Source: a virus (lineage: Duplodnaviria; Caudoviricetes). Taken from it: DNA of 64,000 bases. Below, piece by piece: positions 30,190-41,541 of this stretch (position 1 is the first letter of the stretch; each line of letters begins with the position of its first letter). A program made the translations under genes and the position numbers. The notes beneath the pieces were generated by a model, which worked only from the letters and a program-made list of their open reading frames with translations, had not been told where the DNA came from and did not search any database. The stretch covers positions 129,182-193,181 of the IMG/VR virus record IMGVR_UViG_3300026549_000034; one strand, given 5' to 3'.

Positions 30190-33089
30190 ATGAAAAGACC
30201 ATTTAATACATACACAACTACTCACGGTCATACACTTCCTAAGTCTGCAATTATTCAGACAAGTCCTGAAATTTTAACATGGCTTAAGGAAAATTTTCAT
30301 TTTGCTTGGACAAATGCTGGAAAAATGATTGATGAGACTAAACCATATATTGTAATTGGTATAAGTGCTTCACATCAAGGATATATTTATTTTCATATTT
30401 CTACTTGTGATGAACGTGAAATCTCTATGTATGATCCAAATATGATTAAAGACTTTACTGATGAGGAAGCATTCAAGAAGTATTTAAATTGGGCTCGTAA
30501 ATTTCCTAAGAAACTTGTTAATATGAAATTTGATTAAATGAAATTAAATTAATTATTATGAATATATTAGATATTATAGAAGCAATGATTGAATGGAATC
30601 TCATTGATTGTTCACGTCTTTATGATACTGATTATGTAGCCGAAAGAGTTACTTCTTACATAAAGGCTAGAAATTTTGTTCATGAAAACTTTAAATGTTG
30701 TTTTTAATACATAAATACACTATGAAACTTGAAAATGTTAAATTCGGTGATAAATTCATTACTCGCGATGGACGTATTGCTGTTGTCGTAGGTGAGCATA
30801 AAACAGTAAGGAAACATTGGTATGATTTTGTTGCCTTGGAAGAAGGAGTAGATATGATTAATAATACACCTTATAAGTTTAGTGCATATGATAATGGAAT
30901 AGCATTTGAAGGATTTGAATGGTTAGACATTATTTGTAAAAAATAATTGAAGAAGTTAAAAATAAAAATAGAATAGTATGAAAGCAAGAATAATTAAGAC
31001 AGGAAAGATTGTACATATAGAAAAGAATCAAGAATTAGATGCTTGTTTATATGTGAATTCAAAAACTGGTGAAAAGTATTATAAAGAAGAAGTTCAAATA
31101 ATAAACGATAGTGATGAAATACAAAAATATCTTGAATCTTTGGACAAAGGAGCTCTTCTATCAATCATAAAATATGGGTTACGTGGTTCTAATGCACCTG
31201 AAGGAGTAACTGTTGAAGATATTTATGAATGTATTGGGTGCGAATATGTAGGAGAAATAATGTAGATAAATAATATGTAGATTTTTATGATAACTATACG
31301 AATAGGGGATGGTCAAACAATATCTGGAAAAATATTGGATGGCAGTACTGAATGGTATACTGACAAAGAATTTGATCATGCCATAGAAGCTGCATTAAAA
31401 ACTAATAAACAAATTTGGATACGTTCTGCTAATAGAGCATATCATCCTATCTCATTAGAACAATTGATTAAACTATCAAAAAAATATAAATAATCAATTT
31501 TATATATAATTTAAATTTTTTAGTTATTTGTTTCTATATTAAAATAGAAAATTAAAAATTTATATATGAAAAATCAAAATACGACAGAATCAAAATATAC
31601 AAAATATATTGAGAATCTTTGGCAAAGTAATTCAAAAATTCCTTTTATGCAATCAAAGGAAATATTAAAGTATGGATTTGATCAAGGATATCGATATAAA
31701 GAATCTGAAATCCCTAATGAGCCAAAAGTTGAACAAAATAAACAAAATGATAAGTCTTCTAAAGAAGTAAAGCATAATAAAAGTGAAAAAACTTCTAAGG
31801 AAATGATAGAATATGGAAAAGAATATAATAAAATACTTAATAAACAACTTATACAAGAAAAAATTAATTTGACTGCAGATATACTATTATATATGAATAA
31901 ACATCGTGATTTTATTGAAGTATATACTTATATTAAACAGCTAAACAATAATATACAACGAGAACTTGCAAAACAAAATAATAATGCATATATTGAAATT
32001 GTTTAATTTTTAATACATATAAAAAGTATAATATGGAAAATAATGAAATGAACATTAATGCTTTTAAAAAGGCATTACATGAAGGAAAGGTAGAATTTAA
32101 GTATACAAAAAAGAATGGTGAAGAGCGTTCTGCTATTGGTACGTTAAATATCAACATTATGGGTGAAGAAAATACTCCAAAAGGAACAGGGTATGAGACT
32201 AATGATACAACTATTAGATATTATGATTTGAATTCTGAAGGCTGGCGTTCATTTGTAATTGATAATCTTATTGAATGGAAATCTGTTAATTAAATGGAAG
32301 AAAAAACTTTTAAAGTACCTAAGTATGTTCTTGAGAATATTGAAAATACTCTGAGTATTGCATACATGAATAGAAGTACAACTGTTGAAACATGTTTTGA
32401 TAGGGCTGTGAAATGCTGTTTAAGTTGTGTCCGTAAAATATTAAATAATGTTGAATTGACAGGTAAGGAGAGACTTGAAAAGGTATATCAATAAATTATT
32501 AATTTCACTAAAACTTAAATAAAAAATGAAAAATATTGCAAATCGTTATTTTGATTACTTTGATTATGAGGATAACTATGAGGATGATTATGATAATAAT
32601 TATGATAATAGTTATACAAAGGGTGGTACTCAAAAGATTAGTAAGAAGCATAACTGGAATTGAAGAATGAAATATTAGATCATGAACTTAAAAAGAATAT
32701 TAAGACATTATTGTCCGGTTTATATAAATACATTAAATATTTTTAAACCTTTTAGAACTTTAATGAAAAATATAAAACAAGTATATCATATGGGTATACC
32801 TCATATTTCATTAAAGTTCTATAATAGATCATATGAATGGCTAGAAGAAAATTTTTATACTTGGTATTTTTGGGATCATCCTTCTATATGGAATTTTGAA
32901 CATAAAATACTATTGGTCATTATAGATGATGTTATGTATAAAACAACATTTAGATTTAATGAATTTCAACAATCGCCATTTATATTAATAAGATTTTTTA
33001 ATTATAATTTTATATTTCAAATAAAATCGCCTAAAGGAATGGATAATTATACATTTTGGGAAAGTCTTAAATATAAATACATTAGTTAA
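30190..33089 (+). CDS. run of small hypothetical genes (30190, 30695, 30978, 31287, 31566, 32294, 32682)
   Basis: closely spaced same-strand ORFs typical of phage accessory regions. Confidence 0.6.
32033..32293 (+). CDS. WYL_2/DUF2693-like SH3-fold protein
   Basis: VEFKYTKKNGEER..GTL...YYDL..EGWRSF. Confidence 0.75.
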   Translation: MENNEMNINAFKKALHEGKVEFKYTKKNGEERSAIGTLNINIMGEENTPKGTGYETNDTTIRYYDLNSEGWRSFVIDNLIEWKSVN

Positions 33090-33104
33090 AATTTCATTTA
33101 CAAA

Positions 33105-33572
33105 TTATAAATAATTTATTTTATTATTATCATTTTTGAATATTTTATAAATATAATATTTACTATGCCAATGATCTATAAAAAATAAATAAAATTCATG
33201 TAAGTCATCATTATCATATGATTTTTGTTTAAATACATAAATATATAAATCTACTTCACTATTTTTATATAATCTTGAAAAATCATTAATTTTTATACTT
33301 GGATGATTAATTAATTCTGCTCCATAATTAAATAAAAATTTGTTATCATCATTATATTTTTCTAGTGGTATATATTCAAATGTATATTTATCTATTTTAT
33401 CAGTAAATAATGGACACGTACTAAATAATACATTATCAAGTTTTTCTTTTGATAATAGATTATTTAGGTTTTTATATAAATCATTTATAAATTCTTTTGA
33501 CGATAAATGCGTATTTAGTTTAATATTTTTTATATTAAGCTTCTCTATAATGATATCTTTTAAGTTTTTCAT
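33105..33572 (-). CDS. hypothetical protein with leader
   Basis: MKNLKDIIIEKLNIKNIK, nearly identical to the leader of 16272. Confidence 0.7.
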   Translation of the reverse strand: MKNLKDIIIEKLNIKNIKLNTHLSSKEFINDLYKNLNNLLSKEKLDNVLFSTCPLFTDKIDKYTFEYIPLEKYNDDNKFLFNYGAELINHPSIKINDFSRLYKNSEVDLYIYVFKQKSYDNDDLHEFYLFFIDHWHSKYYIYKIFKNDNNKINYL

Positions 33573-33577
33573 ATCCT

Positions 33578-34267
33578 TTATTTAACCTTGACGAAATTAG
33601 AACCATAATTTATATTTGAACTTTTTACTCCTCCAGTGAACCATGATGAAATGTCTATATGAAGTTTTGGACAATTTGAAAACATTTCTTCATACATATT
33701 TTTACTTTGTGCTATACTTATATTAACATCTTCAATACCACGTATACGAATTAAATTTGTACAATCAGCAAACATGTATTGACATTTTTCAACATTTTCT
33801 AAGGTTGTATCATTTAAATCAACAGATACTAATGATTTACAATTTTCAAATGTACCTACAGTATTTTTTAATTTTTCGTTATTGAATTTTGGTAATTGTA
33901 TTTTACTTAATGTTGAACAATTTTTGAACATAAAAGATATATTTTCAACATTTTTTACGTTCCATTCAGAAATATCAATATTTATAAGTTTATTTGTATT
34001 GTAGAACATTTTGGACATATTTGTAACATTGCTTACATCCCATCTTGAAATATCACCGTTGAAATTAATATCTTTAAAAATTCCACTCATATCAGTAATC
34101 TTTGAAGTATCTATATCATTAAGATTAACATTACGTCCTTCCCTTTTTATTCTATCTTCAACGATTTTTCTTAGTTCTTCATTAGTTGTTGGGAAATATT
34201 TTGGTTTATAAATATCTAATTGGCCGACATTTAACTTTTCATTTACATATGCGTTTAAGTCTTTCAT
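33578..34267 (-). CDS. DUF285/BspA-like repeat protein with leader
   Basis: LNDIDTSKITDMS, WDVSNVTNMSKMF; leader MKDLNAYVNEKLNV. Confidence 0.85.
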   Translation of the reverse strand: MKDLNAYVNEKLNVGQLDIYKPKYFPTTNEELRKIVEDRIKREGRNVNLNDIDTSKITDMSGIFKDINFNGDISRWDVSNVTNMSKMFYNTNKLINIDISEWNVKNVENISFMFKNCSTLSKIQLPKFNNEKLKNTVGTFENCKSLVSVDLNDTTLENVEKCQYMFADCTNLIRIRGIEDVNISIAQSKNMYEEMFSNCPKLHIDISSWFTGGVKSSNINYGSNFVKVK

Positions 34268-34297
34268 ATATTATGTTATATTTATATATTTTAAAGT

Positions 34298-35209
34298 TTA
34301 AGGTAATTTCTTTGGTTGTGGTTTTATAATTGAATCACAGTATACATTAGCAAGTATATCGTTATGTCTCCAATGGTATATGTTACCAACCGTTTTTAGT
34401 TTTTTACAGCCAACAAACATTCCTTTTGTGTTCATATCTTCTGTAATGTTCCAATTTGATAAGTCATCTACATATTTCAAATTGCTGCACCAAGAAAACA
34501 TAAATGACATATCTGTAACATCATTTATATCCCAAGTGTTTAATCCTTTTATTTCTTCTAGATATTTACAATCACTAAACAAACTACGTAATGATGTAAT
34601 ATTTTTAGTATTCCATCCAGTAATATCTATTTTTCGTGGTAATACTAATGCTAATTTATTGAATACATAACTTAATGAATCTAAATTAGAAACATCTATA
34701 TATGACAAATCTACAAAGTCTTTATTGTCTAAATAATCAATAGTTTTAAAAAGATATTTGACTAGATCTTCTTTTGATTTTGCTTTATATGTATATTTGT
34801 TTATTTTAATATCATTAATGTTAAGCTTCTCATTTAGACTATTTTTATCATAAATTATTTTACTATCATCATCAATAAATTTTATGCAAGATACATTTCT
34901 GTAAGTTGTATGCCGTATAGTTTTATCAAATATATTTGCTATATATGATTTCTTGTATGACATAAATAATGATCGTAGTCCATTTATTCCAAAATTAAAT
35001 ATAAGGTTATCATCTATATCATAAGTTGACCATTTTGAATCATCTTTTTGTATTTTGTATATATCTACATCAACATCGGTATTTCCACATATTTGTATTG
35101 TAAATGGTAGAACAACACCAGTATTATTAGAAAACCAATATATGTTATTTTGTAAATTTATTTTTTTGACATTTAATTTTTCAGTTATGTATGCATCAAT
35201 GTTCTTCAT
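34298..35209 (-). CDS. two-domain protein: leader, unknown domain, internal LNEKLNI, DUF285-like repeats
   Basis: [14 protein letters not shown]; internal SLNEKLNINDIK; WDINDVTDMSFMF. Confidence 0.8.
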   Translation of the reverse strand: MKNIDAYITEKLNVKKINLQNNIYWFSNNTGVVLPFTIQICGNTDVDVDIYKIQKDDSKWSTYDIDDNLIFNFGINGLRSLFMSYKKSYIANIFDKTIRHTTYRNVSCIKFIDDDSKIIYDKNSLNEKLNINDIKINKYTYKAKSKEDLVKYLFKTIDYLDNKDFVDLSYIDVSNLDSLSYVFNKLALVLPRKIDITGWNTKNITSLRSLFSDCKYLEEIKGLNTWDINDVTDMSFMFSWCSNLKYVDDLSNWNITEDMNTKGMFVGCKKLKTVGNIYHWRHNDILANVYCDSIIKPQPKKLP

Positions 35210-36255
35210 TAAAATAATTCATCTGCTTTATTTATATCTTTATTGACTATAGATGTCATTACTTTATCTTCTATTTCTTCTAAAAGTTCTGGATTGTCAT
35301 TCAATATATCAATTACTGCTTGTTTTCCTTGTCCTATTTTTGTGTCTTCATAAGAGAACCAAGATCCTGATTTATGTATGATGTCTGATTCAATTGCTAA
35401 GTCAAGGATTTCCGCAAACTTATTTATTCCCTTTCCATATTCAATTTCAAATTCAGCTTTTCGGAATGGTGGTGCGCATTTATTTTTTACTATTTTTACT
35501 TTAGTAAGATTTGCCGTAGCTTCATCACCGTCTTTAATTTGCGTGGATTTACGAACTTCTAATCTCATACTTGCGTAAAACTTAAGAGCATTGCCGCCTG
35601 TTGTTGTTTCTGGATTACCAAACAATACGCCAATTTTTTCACGAATTTGATTGATGAAGATACATAAACAATTTGATTTTTTAATTATGCCCACCATTTT
35701 ACGTAGTGCTTGGCTCATTAAACGTGCTTGAAGACCAATACGAGCATCACCCATGGCACCTTCAAGTTCAACTCTTGGAATTAATGCCGCAACAGAATCA
35801 ATTACACATATACCAATTTGACCGGATGATATAAGTTTTGTTGCTATGTCTAAACAATCTTCACCACAATCAGGTTGAGCAAAATATAGTTTGTTTACGT
35901 CCACCCCTAAAGCACTTGCATATTCTCTGTCGAATGCATTTTCGGCATCTATATAAGCAGCTTTCAATCCTATCTTTTGAGCTTCAGCTACTGCATGTAT
36001 TGCCAATGTTGTCTTACCTGAACTTTCTGGTCCATATATTTCAACAATTCTTCCTAATGGATATCCTCCTATGCCAGTAGCAATGTCCAATGATAATGAA
36101 CCAGTAGATACAACATCTATATCCATATTAGGTGATTCTCCAAGAAGCATGACAGAACCTTCACCATATTGTTTAGAAATTTCCTTCAATACGGCGTCTA
36201 ATTCATGGTTTTTACCGAATTCATTTTCTAATATAGTATCTTTTTTAGATGGCAT
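35209..36255 (-). CDS. recA: RecA recombinase
   Basis: [55 protein letters not shown]. Confidence 0.98.
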   Translation of the reverse strand: MPSKKDTILENEFGKNHELDAVLKEISKQYGEGSVMLLGESPNMDIDVVSTGSLSLDIATGIGGYPLGRIVEIYGPESSGKTTLAIHAVAEAQKIGLKAAYIDAENAFDREYASALGVDVNKLYFAQPDCGEDCLDIATKLISSGQIGICVIDSVAALIPRVELEGAMGDARIGLQARLMSQALRKMVGIIKKSNCLCIFINQIREKIGVLFGNPETTTGGNALKFYASMRLEVRKSTQIKDGDEATANLTKVKIVKNKCAPPFRKAEFEIEYGKGINKFAEILDLAIESDIIHKSGSWFSYEDTKIGQGKQAVIDILNDNPELLEEIEDKVMTSIVNKDINKADELF

Positions 36256-36361
36256 ATCAAGTTTATGTATTAATTAAAAATAACAAATATTATTAAAATC
36301 AATTAAATATTTAGCATATAGTTTCTATTTTATTTTTAAGTTATGTTTAAATATTTATAAT

Positions 36362-37480
36362 ATGCTAAATAAAGAAAAGATTTTAGAAAATATTATTGAA
36401 TGCTTTAATGATTTTAATTCTAGTAAAGATGATTATTTGGGATCTGTTTATATTTCTATTTATAAAGAGCTTCCATTTGTATATAGATTAAATTTCAATA
36501 ATAAACGAAAGTTGATATATAAATTTGGGTATGAAAAGAATAATCTTATTAAAGAACCTATAAATAACTATATTAATGAACGAAAATTATTGATTAATTT
36601 ATATGAACATCGTGAGGAATTGGGGATATATGTATTTAACTATTCACTTTCAGAATATTTGATAATAAGTACAGAAGATGTTCCTTTTATAATTAATATT
36701 GCATTATCAGAATCTTCAGATTGTGAATTAATGTTTGAATATGTATATACAACTGACATTGAAAAGACATTTGAAAAAATATCTAAGTATTTTGAAATCA
36801 TTAACAAGAATAGAGAAGTAGAATTTGGTATTGCCGCGGTTGATGGTACTACTAACTGTTTGTATACAAGTTGGTATGACTATAAATCAAAGAAATGTGA
36901 TATAAAGAAAAACTATAATGATGACATCCCATATGACAGAATAAAAGAGCTATTGCAAAGTGAAGATAGTAATGAATTGCTGTTGTTTTATGGGGATCCT
37001 GGTACTGGTAAGTCAACATTAATTAAGCATTTTATATCAATAATGCCAGAAAAGGATTTTATCTTTATTGACGGTGCAATGTTAGCCAATATGCAGCAAG
37101 AAAAAATTATGTCATACTTTCTTGAAAATCAAAATGCAATATTTATTCTTGAAGATTGTGAACGTGTTCTTATAGATCGTGAACATAATTTTAATCCAGT
37201 AATGCCATTGATTCTTAATGTTACTGACGGTATTATAGGTGATGTTCTTGGAATTAAACTAATATGCACATTCAATACTTCTTTAAATAATATTGATAAA
37301 GCATTATTACGTAAGGGTAGACTTTCTTTGAAATATGAATTTAAAGCACTTGACAAAGAAAAGGTACGAAAACTTCTTAAAGATAATTCAATAAATGAAA
37401 ATATGACTCTTGCAGATTTATATAATATGAAGCAAGAAAATGATTATAGTAGGAAACAAACAAGAAAAATAGGATTTTAA
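36362..37480 (+). CDS. AAA+ ATPase
   Basis: YGDPGTGKS, FILEDCE, TFN, DKALLRKGRL. Confidence 0.85.
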   Translation: MLNKEKILENIIECFNDFNSSKDDYLGSVYISIYKELPFVYRLNFNNKRKLIYKFGYEKNNLIKEPINNYINERKLLINLYEHREELGIYVFNYSLSEYLIISTEDVPFIINIALSESSDCELMFEYVYTTDIEKTFEKISKYFEIINKNREVEFGIAAVDGTTNCLYTSWYDYKSKKCDIKKNYNDDIPYDRIKELLQSEDSNELLLFYGDPGTGKSTLIKHFISIMPEKDFIFIDGAMLANMQQEKIMSYFLENQNAIFILEDCERVLIDREHNFNPVMPLILNVTDGIIGDVLGIKLICTFNTSLNNIDKALLRKGRLSLKYEFKALDKEKVRKLLKDNSINENMTLADLYNMKQENDYSRKQTRKIGF

Positions 37481-37485
37481 AACAT

Positions 37486-37776
37486 ATGAAACTTAAAGAA
37501 AATCAAAAATTGACAAGTTTTGTTAATAAGATATTAAATTATAATGATATTCTTATTGATGATACAAGATATCTTTTCTTAGGTTCTATGATAAGTGCAG
37601 ATTCAATGATGACTAAGGAAGATTGTGAAGAAATAATAGAATTAGCAACATTCATAAAGAACAATATTGAACTATTTATATTAGAACCGGAACAAAAGGA
37701 AGAGACATTGAAATACATGTATAACGCAATTGAATTAGCTAATAACGAATTAAAAGAATTAAACAACAAAAAATAA
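37486..37776 (+). CDS. hypothetical protein
   Basis: ORF in a probable operon. Confidence 0.65.
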   Translation: MKLKENQKLTSFVNKILNYNDILIDDTRYLFLGSMISADSMMTKEDCEEIIELATFIKNNIELFILEPEQKEETLKYMYNAIELANNELKELNNKK

Positions 37777-37788
37777 ATACAACTAATT

Positions 37789-38298
37789 ATGAACATAGCA
37801 TTAGTAGCACATGATGGTCGAAAGAAAGAATTGATAGAATGGGTGAAGTATAATTGGATGACATTATCTGATACGGACAATATTATATATGCAACAGGAA
37901 CAACAGGAAAACTTGTAGCACAAGCTCTTACTGAAGCTCATTTAGAGTTTATTGAAGAAGAAACTAATTCTGATTTTTATACTGATAGATTAGAATCAAA
38001 ATATAAGAATAAAGTTACATGTCTTTTAAGCGGTCCATTGGGTGGCGATCAACAAATCGGTGCAATGATAGCTGAAGGAAAGATAGATGTACTTATTTTC
38101 TTTTGTGATAATCTTATAATGCAAGGCCACCAAAATGATGTATCTGCTCTTACACGTTTAGCATCTTTGTATAATATAGCATTTGCAACAAATCGTACAA
38201 CAGCAGATATGATTCTTACTTCTCCTCTTTTTAAAGACAATTCATATAAACGAATATTGCCTGCTGCTATAGAAAATTATAAGAACAGACAATTATAA
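37789..38298 (+). CDS. mgsA: methylglyoxal synthase
   Basis: IALVAHD..K, ATGTTG, SGPLGGDQQIG, H..DV.AL.R, ATNRTTAD. Confidence 0.95.
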   Translation: MNIALVAHDGRKKELIEWVKYNWMTLSDTDNIIYATGTTGKLVAQALTEAHLEFIEEETNSDFYTDRLESKYKNKVTCLLSGPLGGDQQIGAMIAEGKIDVLIFFCDNLIMQGHQNDVSALTRLASLYNIAFATNRTTADMILTSPLFKDNSYKRILPAAIENYKNRQL

Positions 38299-38364
38299 CA
38301 AAGTTTATTATTGTATATAAATTGTATAATAAAACATAAAAAATTTATTTATATTTGATTAACA

Positions 38365-38559
38365 ATGAAACGTTTGACAGATTTTTTGGATATTGATTTA
38401 AATACTTTTAACATCTCAAAGGAAGAACTTAAGCAAGAACATTTAGAAACATATAAAATATTTAAAGAAACTATGCTTGAGCTAAATCCTGATTATGATG
38501 AAGAAACAATAAAATCTGCATTTAAATCAAAATTTAACTATAATGATATAGATATCTAA
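38365..38559 (+). CDS. hypothetical protein
   Basis: 64-aa ORF. Confidence 0.5.
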   Translation: MKRLTDFLDIDLNTFNISKEELKQEHLETYKIFKETMLELNPDYDEETIKSAFKSKFNYNDIDI

Positions 38560-38789
38560 ACAAATTCGTATTTTAGATTTCTCATATTAGATCCTATAGT
38601 TATTTGTTTTTCATAGGGTGCCAATACTTTACAATCAAAAAGTATTTCACTATTCCTTAACGTTATATCTTTTATAATACAAACTACATCAAAATTTGGA
38701 AAGAATTCGCAATCAGAAGTAAAATGCACTTTCTTTCCAAATAAGGTGTTGTGTATTTCTATGTATGATAATTCCGATACTCTTTTCAT
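38556..38789 (-). CDS. hypothetical protein
   Basis: ATG at 38789 (MKRVSEL...). Confidence 0.55.
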   Translation of the reverse strand: MKRVSELSYIEIHNTLFGKKVHFTSDCEFFPNFDVVCIIKDITLRNSEILFDCKVLAPYEKQITIGSNMRNLKYEFV

Positions 38790-38853
38790 ATATTTAAAAA
38801 TATCAAAAAATAATATATTTTTAAACAAATTAAGTTATATATATATATATATT

Positions 38854-39249
38854 ATGATCAATTTAATAGATTACATATATGAAAAACTGGATGTAAACAA
38901 TATAGATCCTAACAAAATAAAAGAAAAAAATCTCGATAATCCTAAAGACTGGGATAAGGGTGACATACTTTGTGGTATATATGGATATAACATGTCATTA
39001 CCTGCATGGTATGAAATTATAAAGAAAACACCAAGTGGATTTACTGTAGTAGAACGTACGGGCAAAATTGTATCGGGCCATTACAATGGATCATGGGAAG
39101 AAATACCTGACAATACTAAACGTAATGAAGATCTAGCTGGTAAGAAAATTAGTTGTAGAATAAAGAAATATGGTGGTCTAAAAATAGGAAGTGTATGGGT
39201 ACATTTATGGGATGGAAAAACACCGTTAAGCTGTAATGATATGGACTAA
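38854..39249 (+). CDS. hypothetical protein with leader
   Basis: ATG at 38854 gives MINLIDYIYEKLDV. Confidence 0.7.
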   Translation: MINLIDYIYEKLDVNNIDPNKIKEKNLDNPKDWDKGDILCGIYGYNMSLPAWYEIIKKTPSGFTVVERTGKIVSGHYNGSWEEIPDNTKRNEDLAGKKISCRIKKYGGLKIGSVWVHLWDGKTPLSCNDMD

Positions 39250-39268
39250 ATATATTTTTGACTAATAG

Positions 39269-39778
39269 ATGAAGAACTTAAATAACTATATATCAGAAAA
39301 ATTAAACATAGGCAAAGATTTTAAAATCCCTTATTATGTTGACGATTTGACTAATCAAGATATGGTTTTGTATTCAGATGTTGATGATGAACTTGATATT
39401 GATTGGAATGACTTTAAGGATGAATTAGATCAAATAGGTGATAAATATGATAGAACTGTTGGTGGATATTTTTTCTGTGCGAAACCTTTGTCTAAATATA
39501 ATGGACAAACATTACTTGAACACATAACATGCCTTGAATATATAGATGATGTAATATCGGAGATTTGTACAGGTAAAGACGCAGGATATGTAATAAAATT
39601 AGTTCATGGTCATATTGAAGTTTCTGCAATAAACAGTGGATCTAGATCAACATATTACGTATATGCAGTTGAACCAAAAATGTACGATAGACTATTAGCG
39701 TGGTATGAAGGTGATGATAGTATAGAATCATTAGATTTCATATTTAAAAAAGGAACTATTATACCTATTGAATTATAA
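39269..39778 (+). CDS. hypothetical protein with leader
   Basis: MKNLNNYISEKLNI. Confidence 0.75.
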   Translation: MKNLNNYISEKLNIGKDFKIPYYVDDLTNQDMVLYSDVDDELDIDWNDFKDELDQIGDKYDRTVGGYFFCAKPLSKYNGQTLLEHITCLEYIDDVISEICTGKDAGYVIKLVHGHIEVSAINSGSRSTYYVYAVEPKMYDRLLAWYEGDDSIESLDFIFKKGTIIPIEL

Positions 39779-39833
39779 GTTTAAATAATTTCAATTAATT
39801 AACTATATTTATATATAAGTTCTTTGAAATATT

Positions 39834-40186
39834 GGGGTGTTTTTTGGATTTGATTGGATATGTGACTACAAGAATCATGCAGGAGCGTTGAATCCTTAAA
39901 TTTGACAAAATAATAAATGACGATACAACAACTTATCGTATGGCTGCCTAACCTTTAGAAGGTTGATTTATATATCTTTTAGGGCAATGCCGGCGCAGTG
40001 AGAACCTTTACGGTCGTGCAACAGAAGTCTCACATAAAAGTTTTTCTATTCGCGATAATCTTTGACTTGATAATAAAGAAACACGAACCCCCTTATTTAC
40101 AGTTGCTGATTCACAATCAGATAAGCATGTAAGCAAATTCTTTTAGAAGTGTATTTAAGACGAGGGTTCGAGTCCCTCACACTCCA
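39834..40186 (+). ncRNA. ssrA: tmRNA, tag (A)DDTTTYRMAA
   Basis: 5' GGGGTGT pairs with 3' ACACTCC-A (G3:U alanine identity); T-arm GAGGG-TTCGAGT-CCCTC; tag ORF 39919-39951 after ATAAAT, ending AA-stop; smpB nearby. Confidence 0.92.
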
Positions 40187-40359
40187 CAGAATATAAGGCA
40201 ATGCCAAAATATCTAAATCAAAATATAGATTTGGATCATTGGAGACTATTCATTATTATAGTTTCCAAACATACTAAAAATATATGAGAAATAGAGGCTA
40301 TGACAAAGCAAAATTTCGTTTTTTATAATTTTAAGTTACAGTCTTTATTCTGTAACTAA

Positions 40360-41004
40360 ATGAATCGACTATTTATTTTATTTTTTACATGTATACTTAA
40401 TATTAGTATGCGTGCTCAACAGATTGCAAAAGCAGATGCAATAAATTCACTAGAAATAATTCTTTCACATCATACTTTAGTAAATCCAGCTGATGATGTC
40501 TATGATGATAGTTGGGATCATACAAAAGTAAACTGCTACAAATCATTATTACCAGAAAAAAACTATTTGATAGACATAAGAGATTTTTGTATGCCTATTA
40601 AAAAGAACAATATCATAGTAACATCTAAATATGGCTATAGAAAATCATTCAAAAGAAACCATCACGGTATTGATTTGAAAGCATACATAGGTGATACTAT
40701 ATATGCTACATTTTCTGGAAAGATACGTATATCTAACTATGAAAGGAATGGATATGGTCATTATATAGTAGTAAGGCATTTTAATGGTCTTGAGACAATA
40801 TACGGCCACCTGTCAAGAAGACTTGTGAAAGAAAATGAATATGTATATGCAGGACAGCCAATAGGTCTTGCTGGCAATACTGGTAGATCAACGGGGCCAC
40901 ATCTTCATTTAGAGACTCGTTTTTGTGGTATATCAATAAATCCTACTAAGATATTTAATTTTGAATATCAGGATGTGACAGATGACAAGTATATTTTTAA
41001 ATAG
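40360..41004 (+). CDS. M23 family peptidase with possible signal peptide
   Basis: HHGIDL, YGHL, STGPHLHLE; hydrophobic N-terminus. Confidence 0.9.
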   Translation: MNRLFILFFTCILNISMRAQQIAKADAINSLEIILSHHTLVNPADDVYDDSWDHTKVNCYKSLLPEKNYLIDIRDFCMPIKKNNIIVTSKYGYRKSFKRNHHGIDLKAYIGDTIYATFSGKIRISNYERNGYGHYIVVRHFNGLETIYGHLSRRLVKENEYVYAGQPIGLAGNTGRSTGPHLHLETRFCGISINPTKIFNFEYQDVTDDKYIFK

Positions 41005-41045
41005 TGAATTTTAAATTTTATCTTATGATGAACTATATTTAGTAT

Positions 41046-41477
41046 ATGAAAATAGTTAATCGCAAAGCAAAATTTGAATATGAGATTCTTGATACATATG
41101 TAGCAGGAATTGTACTACAAGGATCAGAAGTAAAGTCTATTAGAAATGGTAGATGCAATATTTCTGATTCCTTTTGTATTGTTGACAATAATGAAGTCAT
41201 ATTAAAGAATTGTCATATATCAAAATATGATTCAGATAAGTTTACAAATCATGAAGAACTTAGGGATCGTAAGCTATTATTGACTAAGAAAGAAATATTG
41301 AAACTTAAAGAAAAGTCTCAAACTATTGGCATAACTATAATTCCACTTAAATTATTTCTACAACATAATCTTATTAAAGCAGAAATTGGATTATGCAAAG
41401 GAAAGAAATTATATGACAAACGAGAATCTATAAAAGAAAGAGACATTGAAAGAGAACTTAATAGAATTAAATTTTAA
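41046..41477 (+). CDS. smpB: SsrA-binding protein SmpB
   Basis: NRKAKFEY, AGIVLQGSEVKSIR, RKLLL, GKKLYDKRE. Confidence 0.97.
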   Translation: MKIVNRKAKFEYEILDTYVAGIVLQGSEVKSIRNGRCNISDSFCIVDNNEVILKNCHISKYDSDKFTNHEELRDRKLLLTKKEILKLKEKSQTIGITIIPLKLFLQHNLIKAEIGLCKGKKLYDKRESIKERDIERELNRIKF

Positions 41478-41482
41478 TATTA

Positions 41483-41514
41483 TTTGAATAATTATCATAA
41501 AATTACTATATTAA
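41483..41514 (+). promoter_or_regulatory. phage promoter motif copy
   Basis: tttgaataattatcataaaattactatattaa. Confidence 0.6.
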
Positions 41515-41541
41515 AATATTAAACATTAAAATTTAAGATTT

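Noticed and set aside
30978-31493. Possible TAG recoding (code 15, as in some Lak and crAss-like phages): two ORFs are in frame and separated only by TAG codons
   Set aside because: All long conserved genes (RecA, topoisomerase, RtcB, the 1365-aa ORF) are uninterrupted in code 11. One junction containing a small local duplication is not enough evidence.
38365-38559. Possible 18th leader (MKRLTDFLDI)
   Set aside because: It lacks the Glu at position 10, so it was not counted.
40161-40188. Stand-alone tRNA suggested by the GGTTCGAGTCC T-arm
   Set aside because: There is no anticodon arm at tRNA spacing. The acceptor strand pairs with 39834-39840 about 350 nt upstream, so this is the tmRNA 3' end.
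40200-40359. Small hairpins between the tmRNA and the M23 gene as a riboswitch or ncRNA
   Set aside because: The stems are short and AT-rich with no recognisable family signature, so this cannot be supported.
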